A DNA stretch of 63,998 nt, counting the filler, from an uncultured bacterium (lineage in GTDB: Bacteria; Hinthialibacterota; Hinthialibacteria; Hinthialibacterales; Hinthialibacteraceae): assembly GCA_964449065.1 (NCBI GenBank). It is 4 parts of 4 records of this genome, joined end to end, with 100 filler letters (N's around TTAATTAATTAA, not from the genome) between each part and the next. Parts side by side here need not be neighbours in the genome. Positions count along the whole stretch, not along the records: positions 18,965 to 37,824 come from CAYVAZ010000062.1; 3 more parts are not named here. One strand, given 5' to 3'. Position numbers and translations under genes: made by a program. The notes under the pieces are model-generated. The model worked only from the letters and a program-made list of their open reading frames with translations, made no database searches and was not told the origin of the DNA. This document shows, piece by piece, positions 20,273-30,190 of this stretch; position 1 is the first letter of the stretch; every line of letters starts with the position of its first letter.

Positions 20273-21283
20273 ATGTCTTCGTTTTCCAGCACGCTTGAGG
20301 CCATTATTACGGGCGAAAACCTGTCGCGGGAACAATCCGCTGAATTAATCTCATCGATCATGAAAGGCGAGTTTACGCCCGCGCAAACCGCGGCTGTGTT
20401 GACGGCATTACGCGCGAAGGGCGAAACGGTGGATGAGATTGTGGGGGCGGCTGCGGCAATGCGTTCTCATGCTGCGCCTATCAACACCAAGCATACCGGA
20501 ATTTTGGATACCTGCGGAACCGGCGGCGACAAAAGCGGTACGTTTAATATATCCACCACCGCTGCGTTTGTGGCGGCAGGCGCGGGCATTCCAGTGGCAA
20601 AGCATGGCAACCGCTCCGCCTCCAGCCAGTGCGGCAGCATTGATGTGCTGGAAGCGATGGGGGTAGATGTTAGCCAACCGCCGGAAGAAATCGAAAAAAC
20701 GCTTGATCAGGTGGGGATGGCGATCTTGTTTGCGCGCGTGGTGCACCCCGCCATGAAGCATGCCGCTCCAATCCGCAGTGAATTGGGGGTTCGGACGATC
20801 TTTAATTGGCTGGGACCGCTTTCCAATCCCGCCAAGCCTACGTATCAATTGGTGGGGATCAGCAACCCGGCATTTCAACAAATGTATGCGGAATGTTTGC
20901 AAAAATTGGGAATAGAAAAAGCCTGGGTGGTTTGCGCTGGTGACGGTTTGGATGAATTGACCCTGACGCGTGAATCCAAAGTGATTGAAGTGACGGATTC
21001 ATCTTTAAATGAATTGACTATTGTGCCCGCAAGCCTTGGTTTGAATCCATGCAAGCCGGAAGATTTGTTGGGCGGAGACGCGGAGAAAAACGCCGCCATC
21101 ACCCGCGCGGTTCTTACAGGCGAGGAAAAAGGCCCCAAACGGGACGCCGTTTTGCTGAACGCGGGAGCGGGCATTCATATCGCGGGCAAAGCGGATTCGC
21201 TGAAAGACGGGATTGCGGCCGCGGCGGAGAGTATTGATTCGGGCAAGGCGTTGGAGGTGTTGAAACGGTTGTCTGTGACTTGA
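20273..21283 (+). CDS. trpD: Anthranilate phosphoribosyltransferase
   Basis: DTCGTGGD, FNISTT, AKHGNRS, GLDE motifs. Confidence 0.95.
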   Translation: MSSFSSTLEAIITGENLSREQSAELISSIMKGEFTPAQTAAVLTALRAKGETVDEIVGAAAAMRSHAAPINTKHTGILDTCGTGGDKSGTFNISTTAAFVAAGAGIPVAKHGNRSASSQCGSIDVLEAMGVDVSQPPEEIEKTLDQVGMAILFARVVHPAMKHAAPIRSELGVRTIFNWLGPLSNPAKPTYQLVGISNPAFQQMYAECLQKLGIEKAWVVCAGDGLDELTLTRESKVIEVTDSSLNELTIVPASLGLNPCKPEDLLGGDAEKNAAITRAVLTGEEKGPKRDAVLLNAGAGIHIAGKADSLKDGIAAAAESIDSGKALEVLKRLSVT

Positions 21284-21489
21284 TCGCGTCTTCGGGATAA
21301 TACGGGTTCAATTTTTTTTGTGTGATTTGTGTGATTTGTGTGATGCGGATTCTCCCCAAGACTGGGGAAGATTAGGCTGCAAGGTAAATGATGTAAGCAA
21401 TCCAAATTGAAAATGCTAAACTTTTTTTTCTCCAAGTTAGATAAGATACCCGCAGGGCAGATCGATTACGGCCGCGTATGATAGAAACC

Positions 21490-21578
21490 GGGGAGCATCG
21501 GCTTCCAGCCGGTAATTACAGATGCCCTTAGCAATGCGCAGCCCTGGGAGGGCGAGGCTCCTGCCGAGCCGGAAGCAC
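21490..21578. repeat. Composite repeat (family B + spacer + family A)
   Basis: Same arrangement found inverted at about 52542-52624. Confidence 0.75.
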
Positions 21579-22073
21579 GCTTGGATTCCATTTGCAATTA
21601 GGGTTCACGCGGCAATACATCTCAGCGAAAGAAAGGCTGGACGCTTTTCTTCCCCGATAATCCAATATAACTTCGGTATTAAACCCTAAGAACTGGAAAT
21701 GATCCCGTTGTTATTCGCGTGAATTCGCGTGTATTCGCGGTTATTTGTGTACGAAGAGTAGCCAACTTGGATGAGATACCCGCAAGGCAGAGGGGGTTCT
21801 GACCACGTGTTATCGAATAGAATGCGTTGACAATCGCTACGTCAATGGCAATGGGCTAGGAGAGATAGATTGGCTGTCAGTGCGCTTCAATCCCATTGCT
21901 TCTCTGGAACAATCTCTTTATCGAAGAGCGGTAACATGCACCCGTTACGATCGTCCCGCTATCGTGAGCGGTGGAACACAAAGACACCCCCGACATGCTG
22001 ATCCTTGCCTACATCGCCTCTGATATGTCATAATCAACATACCAAAATATTCTTTAGTTGATTGGGGGGAAAT

Positions 22074-23306
22074 ATGACATTGAGAACTTCATTTTACTGT
22101 TTCAACTTTCTGCTATTTGCTACCGGTTTATTGGTTGACAACGCTTCGGCTGATGAAATTCGGTTTCGTGAACCTTACGACATTTCTCAGGGGACGGTAT
22201 CCGGGATTAGCAGCATGGATGCCGGGGATATCGATTTGGATGGGTTGGCGGATATCGTTGCTATTGAAGGCGGAAAACACGCGGGCGGCAGAAAAACCTT
22301 TGCTTGGTTTCAATCCCCTAAAAAACTGGATGGTGCATGGAAGCGGTTCGCGTTGAATCCAGACGCCCCTTTGCGTTCGTTTCTTGGGGCCGCCAAATTG
22401 GCGGATATGGATAGCGACGGCGATTTGGATTTAATCGTTTCCTCCGACAATCATTCCGGCGGCACGAAAGAGTGTGAGGTTTTTGTGTTTGTGAACCCGC
22501 TGCCGGATGGCGAAGTGACAGATGCCTGGAAGTGGCATACAGTAAGCAAAGAATCCATGCCGCTGCATCACATCAATGATATGGAAATCGCCGATATGGA
22601 TGGGGATGAAAAATTGGATATTGTCGTACGAAGTTTAGAGCCTAATCAAATTTTGATTTTCTTTCAAAATGATATGGATTCCTATCAAAAAGTTGCCATC
22701 GATACAGGAATTGAACGATCGGAAGGGTTAGCTGTTGGACTTATTGATGACAACAGTTTGCCCGATATTACCTATACCGGATATTGGCTGCAAGCGCCAA
22801 GCAATCCCCGGTCTGAACCTTACCGCAAGATGCCTATTGACCCTGAGTACCATACCGTCAACCAAAATACAAAAGAAGCGGTTGGCGATATCGACGGGGA
22901 TGGAAAAATGGATGTGATCCTCGCTCCCGCGGAAAAGTACCGCGATGGCGGCAATCATGATTTGGCATGGTACCGCAATTCCGGCAGGAACGATGACAAG
23001 CAATGGAAGAAACATGTCATACAAGCCAATGTAAATAATCACCACACAGTAAAATTGGGGGACATAGATAATGACGGTGATTTGGATGTTGTGACGGGGG
23101 TGGCATGGGGAAACATGCGAATTGAGGCTTATTTCAATGACGGCAAAGGTTCGTTTGGTGAGGCTCAAGTCGTTCAAAGCGGTAAAGGCTTGTATTCCGG
23201 TGTGCTTGCTGATTTAGGGGATGATGGTGATTTGGATATAATCGGGCAAGACACATACGCGAATGAATCCAAACCGTGGGTGTATGAGAATTTGATGAAG
23301 GATTAA
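22074..23306 (+). CDS. Secreted FG-GAP/VCBS repeat protein
   Basis: Signal peptide; repeated DxDxDGDxD calcium-binding blades. Confidence 0.85.
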   Translation: MTLRTSFYCFNFLLFATGLLVDNASADEIRFREPYDISQGTVSGISSMDAGDIDLDGLADIVAIEGGKHAGGRKTFAWFQSPKKLDGAWKRFALNPDAPLRSFLGAAKLADMDSDGDLDLIVSSDNHSGGTKECEVFVFVNPLPDGEVTDAWKWHTVSKESMPLHHINDMEIADMDGDEKLDIVVRSLEPNQILIFFQNDMDSYQKVAIDTGIERSEGLAVGLIDDNSLPDITYTGYWLQAPSNPRSEPYRKMPIDPEYHTVNQNTKEAVGDIDGDGKMDVILAPAEKYRDGGNHDLAWYRNSGRNDDKQWKKHVIQANVNNHHTVKLGDIDNDGDLDVVTGVAWGNMRIEAYFNDGKGSFGEAQVVQSGKGLYSGVLADLGDDGDLDIIGQDTYANESKPWVYENLMKD

Positions 23307-23380
23307 TAAGCGGAATTTCATGTCATCGTAATTGCAAAACAAAATGTCATGTTTCATACCGGTTTTATAAAGGAAAAAAT

Positions 23381-26185
23381 ATGCTGTCTAGTCGTATGTC
23401 TGTTTGGCTTTTACTATTCACTGTGATAGTCCATTCCGTATATTGCCAGCCATTGGATGCCATTTTTAATCAACTGGAGAAGAACGAGTTCGATGCGGCT
23501 GCTGAACAGATGCGTGACTATCCGCACGCGCTTTCTCTTGAAGAACAGAAGCGGTTTGAGCGCTATTTGAAACAGCGGTCGCCGCAAGGGAATTGGATTC
23601 CATTTTTAAACGCGCTGGCGGATCAGGTAGCATCGAATGGGGATTTTTTGTTTTTTCTGTCGCAGGCGTTTTGGCGGTCGGGAGACGTTGACGGGGCGGT
23701 GGATATGAGCGCGCGCGCTATGAAAGCCTCGCCGGATAATCTGGATTTGCTGTATAAATGCGCAGCCATCGCCAAAACCGCCGGACGGTTGGAGATCGCG
23801 AGAGAACGGATTGAGAGCATCCTTACCCAAGAAAAAACCCATGCGGATGCGCTCTTTTTGCTGGGCAGTATTTATGTGGAAGAAGGCAATAATGACAAGG
23901 CCAAAGCAACGCTAGCCTCGGTGGTTCAAGCGCATCCCAAACATATACGGTCTTTGTTTGAGCTGGGCAAGTTGGAAACACGGATGGGGAACGATGACGA
24001 GGCCGTCAAGCATTTGCGCAACGCGATTGAGGTGTATCCGTTCTTTCGCGAAGCCTACAGCGCGCTGCGCACCCCGTTATCACGATTGGGAAAAAAAGAA
24101 GAATTTGACCTTGTGCAAACGCAGATAGAGCACATGCGCAAGTGGAACCCGGATCAATACCGCCAACTGCGTTATATGTTTGAGAACGCGTATACCGTTC
24201 CAATGCAACAGCGGTCTATTTTGGTGCGGGAAATGATCGCATTGCAGCACTATGAACAGGCCGAAACGTATCTATCCAACCTGCGTGAGAATCATTTGAT
24301 CGACGACCACCTGCGGATGATCCTCGCGCAGCTGCTTTATCAGCAAAAAGAGTTTGCGGAGAGTTTGGCTGTTTTGGGTGAAATCACAGACAAGGCCATC
24401 ATCCAATCCGAACGGTATTTGGGGATCAAAGGATGGTCTTTGTTGGGCGCGGAACAATTTGACGCCAGCCGGAAACTGTATGATCAACACAAAAATGAGT
24501 TTGCGGATTCACCGAATTTTCAAGCGTTGGGAAAATCCTTAGAGCGTATCAAGATGCAGAAAACGATGTATGGGAATCAAACCAACCCGGAACCAAAGAA
24601 AGGCTTTCAATTTGCCGATGTCACGAAGGAAGTTGGGCTGGATGGTTTTACGCACCGGATGGGACATGCGGATAAGCGCTGGATCATTGACGCGATGGGG
24701 TCTGGGGTTGCGGTGGCGGATTATGATAATGACGGAGATGATGACATCTATTTTGTGAACGGCAGACCGGGTATGGATGATGAATATCCCCAATGGAAAA
24801 ACCGCTTGTACCGCAATGACAATGGAACGTTTACCGATGTGACAGAGCAGGCAGGTGTCGGCGATACCGGCTGGGGCATGTGCGCGGTGTTCGGCGATGT
24901 CAACAACGATGGATGGCTGGATTTATTTGTCGGGAATTACGGGGCGAATGTGTTTTATCTCAACAATGGGGATGGCACGTTTACGGAACAGACAATAGAA
25001 GCCGGTTTGCGGCATGACGGGTATGCGGCGGCGGNNNNNNNNNNGGTGTTTGGGGATGTGGATACCGACGGTGACCTGGATTTGTTTGTGGGGAACTATG
25101 TGGCGTTTGATCCGAAAGAACATGGCGAATTGCGCGATCACTATCATGGCCTGCCGGTGATGAAAGGGCCGATGGGGCTAAAGCATCAAGATGATTTGCT
25201 GTATTGGAACAACGGGGATGGAACGTTTACGGACGCGTCAGAAGAAAGCGGGATACGGATATCGGAAGGGCGCGCCATGGGGGCGTGCTTGGCCGATTTG
25301 GATTTGGACAACGACTTGGATTTGTATGCCGCGAACGACTCAACCTACAACCATTTGCTGATGAACAAGGGAGACGGCACCTTTGAGGATATGAGTTTCT
25401 TTTCCGGGGCGGCGGTGGATGAATCCGGCCGCGAAGGCGCCAGCATGGGAGTAGCAGCGGGTGACTACAACAACGACGGCTATATCGATTTGTTTGTCAC
25501 CGCGTATGAGCAGGAATCAGACATTTTGTATCACAATCAAAACGGCAGCCGTTTTGTGGATATGGCAGGGCCGTTGAATTTCTCTGCCCCTACCCATTGG
25601 CTGACCACTTGGGGCACAGGATTTAGCGACTTTGACGCGGACGGCTTTTTGGATGTGTATACCGTCAACGGGCATACCTATCCGCAAGTGAAGGAACTGA
25701 AGAACAACCGCACTTATCCGCAAGGAATATCTTTCTATAAAAATGTAAATGGAGAAAAATTTACGGTGGAAGAGGTGCGGTTTGCTTCACAAAAAACGCT
25801 TGCCGGCCGGGGCAGCGCGCTTTTGGATTTTGATAACGACGGGGATATGGATATTGTGATTAACTGCATCGACGGACCGCCGCGGCTGTTGGAGAACCAA
25901 ACAAAACAGGGCAATTGGCTGAAAGTAAAATTGGACGGTACATCCGCGCAAACGTATGGGGTGCGGGTTGTGGTAAAGAGCGCAGACCGGCAATGGACAC
26001 GGTTTATAGACGGCGGATCAAGTTACTTATCGCAAAATTCACAAACCCTGCATTTCGGCTTAGGTATAATAGCTGAGATCGATGAATTATCCGTATATTG
26101 GATGCATAAACCCAAAGAAATAATCTCCGAAGTCAAAATAAATCAACCTATAAATATCCATTACGAAACCATCACGAATTTTTAA
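23381..26185 (+). CDS. TPR + CRTAC1-like (FG-GAP/ASPIC-UnbV) protein (10-N gap inside)
   Basis: N-terminal TPR-like helices; DYDNDGDxD repeats; GGSSYLSQN..LHFGLG. Confidence 0.9.
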   Translation: MLSSRMSVWLLLFTVIVHSVYCQPLDAIFNQLEKNEFDAAAEQMRDYPHALSLEEQKRFERYLKQRSPQGNWIPFLNALADQVASNGDFLFFLSQAFWRSGDVDGAVDMSARAMKASPDNLDLLYKCAAIAKTAGRLEIARERIESILTQEKTHADALFLLGSIYVEEGNNDKAKATLASVVQAHPKHIRSLFELGKLETRMGNDDEAVKHLRNAIEVYPFFREAYSALRTPLSRLGKKEEFDLVQTQIEHMRKWNPDQYRQLRYMFENAYTVPMQQRSILVREMIALQHYEQAETYLSNLRENHLIDDHLRMILAQLLYQQKEFAESLAVLGEITDKAIIQSERYLGIKGWSLLGAEQFDASRKLYDQHKNEFADSPNFQALGKSLERIKMQKTMYGNQTNPEPKKGFQFADVTKEVGLDGFTHRMGHADKRWIIDAMGSGVAVADYDNDGDDDIYFVNGRPGMDDEYPQWKNRLYRNDNGTFTDVTEQAGVGDTGWGMCAVFGDVNNDGWLDLFVGNYGANVFYLNNGDGTFTEQTIEAGLRHDGYAAAXXXXVFGDVDTDGDLDLFVGNYVAFDPKEHGELRDHYHGLPVMKGPMGLKHQDDLLYWNNGDGTFTDASEESGIRISEGRAMGACLADLDLDNDLDLYAANDSTYNHLLMNKGDGTFEDMSFFSGAAVDESGREGASMGVAAGDYNNDGYIDLFVTAYEQESDILYHNQNGSRFVDMAGPLNFSAPTHWLTTWGTGFSDFDADGFLDVYTVNGHTYPQVKELKNNRTYPQGISFYKNVNGEKFTVEEVRFASQKTLAGRGSALLDFDNDGDMDIVINCIDGPPRLLENQTKQGNWLKVKLDGTSAQTYGVRVVVKSADRQWTRFIDGGSSYLSQNSQTLHFGLGIIAEIDELSVYWMHKPKEIISEVKINQPINIHYETITNF

Positions 26186-26294
26186 CATTTTCTTAACCAT
26201 AACGAATTGCTATTCTTATCCATATATGTTACCATTTCACTCTACTTTAAGGGTATAGTGGTTTATCTATGCCAAAAAAATATTGGAGGATTGT

Positions 26295-28199
26295 ATGAGA
26301 GTATTATATTCAGGAATTTTTACCATATTGGCAGGGTGTTTCATTGCCGGTTCAACCTGGTCCGCGACCAACAACACGGGGAACAACCCGACTTTTTTGG
26401 TTGTGCAGATGATATCAAACGGCTGGACAGCACACCTCGAACAAAGCGAACCGGCAACAGGCATTGATATTGGTGTGGATGTCGGCGCCGACGGTACATT
26501 TGAGTATTGGATGTCCGAAGATCCGTCGATCGTGCGTGAAAACAGAACCAACCAAGATGAAATATTTGTGGACAACCTAGTATCCGAATCCGGTTGGATG
26601 AACGTGATCATCGCGTTGGAAGAATACGCGGGTGAAACCGTGAAACTTCGTATTGTTGACAACACTCCAGATGCGTACATTGCGGTAAACTGGATTCGTC
26701 ACAACAACGCCGATGGAATTATTGTGCCGAACAGCGTTCCCAACGGGTTTTTTGAAGATGGCTTGAACGGCTGGACAGTGCTTGAAAGCAGCGCAACCGA
26801 AGATCAGCTCATTAATGATCATGGAGGAGATTCTTTATTGGCTTCAAACAGCACGGCTTTTTTCAGTACACAAATTGACGGCAACGCGACAACGGCGGTG
26901 ATTGAATCCGAACCCTTTGTGGCCGCTCCAATGACCAGTTTTGTATACGGCGCGTTTGCCGGTCCGGTATCCGCAGCGTTTGATAATGACGGCGCGTTTT
27001 TGACGGAAAACGGCTTGCGGGTGTATGTTGATGTTGGAACAGAGACCGAAGACCCAAACGGACAATATGACGAAGAGACCGATGTTCCGTTAAAAGGAAT
27101 CATTTTTGACGATAGCGATCCGGAACGGATAACGCTTCAGGTTTCATTACTCAATACATCCGGTTTGGAAGGCCGCCGGGCGCAGGTTGTATTGGAAGAC
27201 AATGACAGTTTTGACGGGATTGGCGTCGATTCCGTCCGCCATAATTATGATACATCCATCATCCGCAATGGGAACTTTGAAGAAGGCTTTGAAGATGGCT
27301 ACGCGGACGGCGTTAATGTTAATCCGGGCAGTTCCCGCAATGAAGTGCATTCGTTTGACGATATCGGCGGCGTTCCCGGCTGGACGCAAACCACCTCTGG
27401 CAATGGCGAATGGACTTTGTTTGGATGGCCCGGGGCCAATTTCTCACGCGAAGGCCGGGTATGGGTCGCTTCAGGTTCAACCGATGGTGACGCGAACAAC
27501 GATGTTCAAGTTCGTGAAAATGTTGGTTTGACTTTAATTTCCGATGTATTTACCCTACGCCCGATTCGCGATGCTGCCAGCCATGTGTTTACGTCGTTTG
27601 AAATCGGCCAAACACCTTATAAAGCACAGCCGGATGGCAGAATTAAAGATGTTCATATGCAAGTAGACATCGACGGCAACGGTGCCTTTGAAGACGCGGA
27701 TGACTTTGCCTATAAAGTGCGCGCGCAAAGCGGGGGCTGGAACCGTGAACAGTATGCATCCGGCGGGATCGATGAGTGGGGGTATCCGCCATACCGCTTT
27801 TACATTGAACCGGAACATCAAGGCTTGCAAGCCCGTTACTTTGTTATCGATGAACTCGACAGCCAATGGGCTTGGATCGGCGTGGATGATTTCTACTTCT
27901 GGGATGGTTCAACAGCGGATTTGGCCTTCCCCAACTCCGACTTTGAGATGGGCGATATGAGCGGTTGGGAAGATACGCTGAATGGCGGCAGCTTTGGCAC
28001 TTGGTTATCCGGAAACGAAGTCGCGCAAGATTTGGGATTTCACAATTCGCTGAATGACCACATTGCTTTTATCGATGGTGACTGGTCAGCGGATTCCGCC
28101 AACAGTGGCGACGGCCCTACCGGAACGTTGATTTCCGAACCGTTTACCCTTCCAACCTTGGAAGGTGGAACCGCGGTAGCGGATTGGGAACTTCGATAG
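26295..28199 (+). CDS. Secreted acidic protein with three internal beta-sandwich repeats
   Basis: GGAGG RBS; signal peptide; three NxxFExG and three I(A/G)V(N/D) motifs; ends TAVADWELR. Confidence 0.85.
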   Translation: MRVLYSGIFTILAGCFIAGSTWSATNNTGNNPTFLVVQMISNGWTAHLEQSEPATGIDIGVDVGADGTFEYWMSEDPSIVRENRTNQDEIFVDNLVSESGWMNVIIALEEYAGETVKLRIVDNTPDAYIAVNWIRHNNADGIIVPNSVPNGFFEDGLNGWTVLESSATEDQLINDHGGDSLLASNSTAFFSTQIDGNATTAVIESEPFVAAPMTSFVYGAFAGPVSAAFDNDGAFLTENGLRVYVDVGTETEDPNGQYDEETDVPLKGIIFDDSDPERITLQVSLLNTSGLEGRRAQVVLEDNDSFDGIGVDSVRHNYDTSIIRNGNFEEGFEDGYADGVNVNPGSSRNEVHSFDDIGGVPGWTQTTSGNGEWTLFGWPGANFSREGRVWVASGSTDGDANNDVQVRENVGLTLISDVFTLRPIRDAASHVFTSFEIGQTPYKAQPDGRIKDVHMQVDIDGNGAFEDADDFAYKVRAQSGGWNREQYASGGIDEWGYPPYRFYIEPEHQGLQARYFVIDELDSQWAWIGVDDFYFWDGSTADLAFPNSDFEMGDMSGWEDTLNGGSFGTWLSGNEVAQDLGFHNSLNDHIAFIDGDWSADSANSGDGPTGTLISEPFTLPTLEGGTAVADWELR

Positions 28200-28243
28200 G
28201 AACTATAGCGAATACCAAAAATACGTTCGGGTTAAATCAAACC

Positions 28244-28285
28244 GTGCTTCTTGCCCGGCGGGAGCCTCGTTCTTCCAAAACGAAC
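28244..28285. repeat. Degenerate REP-like repeat family A
   Basis: CGGCGGGAGCCTCG core. Confidence 0.6.
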
Positions 28286-28324
28286 ACATTTTTGACAACT
28301 AGCCTACTTTTCTACTGAAAATCG

Positions 28325-28358
28325 AAAGCCCCTTTGCCGTAAGGTAAAGGGGCTTTTT
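28325..28358 (+). terminator. Rho-independent terminator
   Basis: AAAGCCCCTTTGCC-GTAA-GGTAAAGGGGCTTT stem with GNRA loop and T tract. Confidence 0.8.
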
Positions 28359-28403
28359 ATGAAATGATGATGAGAAGAGCATATTATACCAAAAGAAATA
28401 TGG

Positions 28404-28540
28404 AATGTCCGCTTTCGGTATGTCTGGTGGGCTACCGGACAAAAGCCTTTCGGTTGGATTCAGGCTTGCACCCGCTTTGACATAAAGCGTAATCAAGGTT
28501 GTAAGAGTGTTGAGCCTACCCTACCAATATAACGGACATT
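28404..28540. ncRNA. Putative structured non-coding element, family unknown
   Basis: Nested inverted repeats AATGTCCG/CGGACATT and GGTGGGCT/AGCCTACC enclosing AAGCCT/AGGCTT and CGCTTT/AAAGCG hairpins. Confidence 0.4.
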
Positions 28541-28557
28541 TTTTATTTCAAATGGTA

Positions 28558-29577
28558 TTACCCGATCATGCTGTCTTCGCCGCCGCGGTTGATCATGATT
28601 TCGCCGCTTTCTTCGAGGCGGCGGATGATGGCGACGATCTTTTGCTGTTCTTCTTCCACCTGCTTGATGCGCACCGGCCCCATGAATTCCATTTCTTCCC
28701 GAATTCCATCGGCGGCCCGGGAGGATAGGTTATTCAGGATTTTGGTTTTCACTTCTTCGTTGGCTCCTTTTAGCGCTATCCCCAGAGCTTTGAAGTCCAC
28801 TTCTTTCAAAACGGCTTGGATGGCGCGGTCATCCAACATAATGACATCATCAAAGGTAAACATGAGTTTTTTGATTTCGACGGCGAGTTCCTGATTTTCT
28901 TCTTCCAGCGTTTCTAAAATGGATTTTTCGGTGGCGCGGTCTACCCGGTTAAGGAGTTCGGCCAGGGCTTCAATCCCCCCGGCGATGGAGAACTCTTGCG
29001 AGAGGATGGTGGCGATTTTGCGTTCCAGCACCCGTTCCACTTCGGAGATGATTTCCGGTGAGGTTTGTTCCATCAGGGCGATTCGCAACGCCACTTCGGT
29101 TTGCATTTCAGGGGCCAGCGCGCCTAAGATGATGGCGGATTGATCGTGATCCAAATGCGCTAAAATCAGCGCGACGGTTTGTGGGTGTTCATTGGAAATA
29201 AAGTTCAGCAGGTGGTTGGGATCGACTTTTTTCAGGAAATCGAACGGAGTGCCTTGCAGCATCCCTTGTAAGCGTTCGATGATTTCCATCGCTTTGCCAG
29301 GCCCCAGAGCTTTTTCCAAAATGTCACGTGCGGTATTAATACCCCCGGCAGAAATATACTGCTGCGCCATCGCGGAGTGATAGAATTCTTCAATCACCTG
29401 ATTAACCATCTCTTGCGGTACATTGCCCAGATTGGCAACTTCGAGAGTAATTTGTTCAATCTCATCATCGGTCAAACAGCGGTATATATCAGCAGCGATA
29501 TCCGGCCCCAGCGTCACCATGAGGATAGCGGCTTTTTTTCGGCCGGTTAGTTTGGCTTTATCTTTGGCGCCACGCAT
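28558..29577 (-). CDS. fliG: Flagellar motor switch protein FliG
   Basis: KAAILM, PFDFL, EHPQTVALIL, MFTFDD, MGPVR motifs. Confidence 0.96.
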   Translation of the reverse strand: MRGAKDKAKLTGRKKAAILMVTLGPDIAADIYRCLTDDEIEQITLEVANLGNVPQEMVNQVIEEFYHSAMAQQYISAGGINTARDILEKALGPGKAMEIIERLQGMLQGTPFDFLKKVDPNHLLNFISNEHPQTVALILAHLDHDQSAIILGALAPEMQTEVALRIALMEQTSPEIISEVERVLERKIATILSQEFSIAGGIEALAELLNRVDRATEKSILETLEEENQELAVEIKKLMFTFDDVIMLDDRAIQAVLKEVDFKALGIALKGANEEVKTKILNNLSSRAADGIREEMEFMGPVRIKQVEEEQQKIVAIIRRLEESGEIMINRGGEDSMIG

Positions 29578-29813
29578 TGTGTTTATCCTTTGTTGGTTCA
29601 ATTGAATGCGGAGGCAATCGGAAACGCTTATTTCTAAGCGAAACGACTTCGAACACGCTTCTTAGAGAACTGGTTCAATTTCAAAGAAGGTGAAGATACT
29701 TTTGGTAGAGCCTAGAAAGAAATACCGGTGATCTCGCGCTAGCAAAAGGAAAACCACTTTCCTACGAATAAATTATACCCTTTTTTTCGTTAGAATCGAT
29801 AGAATTATTCACT

Positions 29814-29905
29814 CATTTTGCGCATGCGTTATAATATGCAAATTTTTCTAATTGTTCGCTGTATCTATCGCCCTCGCCCACCGGGAGAGGATTGGGGTGG
29901 GGTTG
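29814..29905. mobile_element. Degenerate MITE-like end with REP-type hairpin
   Basis: Approximate reverse complement of 60700-60789; preceded by AATTATTCACT, the reverse complement of the 11-bp duplication at 63098/63374. Confidence 0.65.
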
Positions 29906-30190
29906 ATGCCTTAGATAAAAAATACACCTCATATCAAACATTCTTTTTTTTTGAATGCGTATACGTTTCGTTGCCGGAAAACCCAATTGCAATTGGTACA
30001 AAACAACGTCTCAATCATTTTGCGTTGAAGTACACGTTGGTGTTGAAAGCCAATCCAATCTCATGGAAAGAACACCATACCATGAAAACCCTTCCTGTTT
30101 AGTGTGTTAGATAATTTAACATGATAATTTCCTTATTTTCGGCTATATTTGGTTGGCTCTTAACGCAATTTCATCTACCGGAGAAATAAA

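Noticed and set aside
28404..28540. Structured element as a retron msr-msd or self-cleaving ribozyme
   Set aside because: No reverse transcriptase nearby, and conserved ribozyme cores could not be matched convincingly by eye; kept only as an unassigned structure
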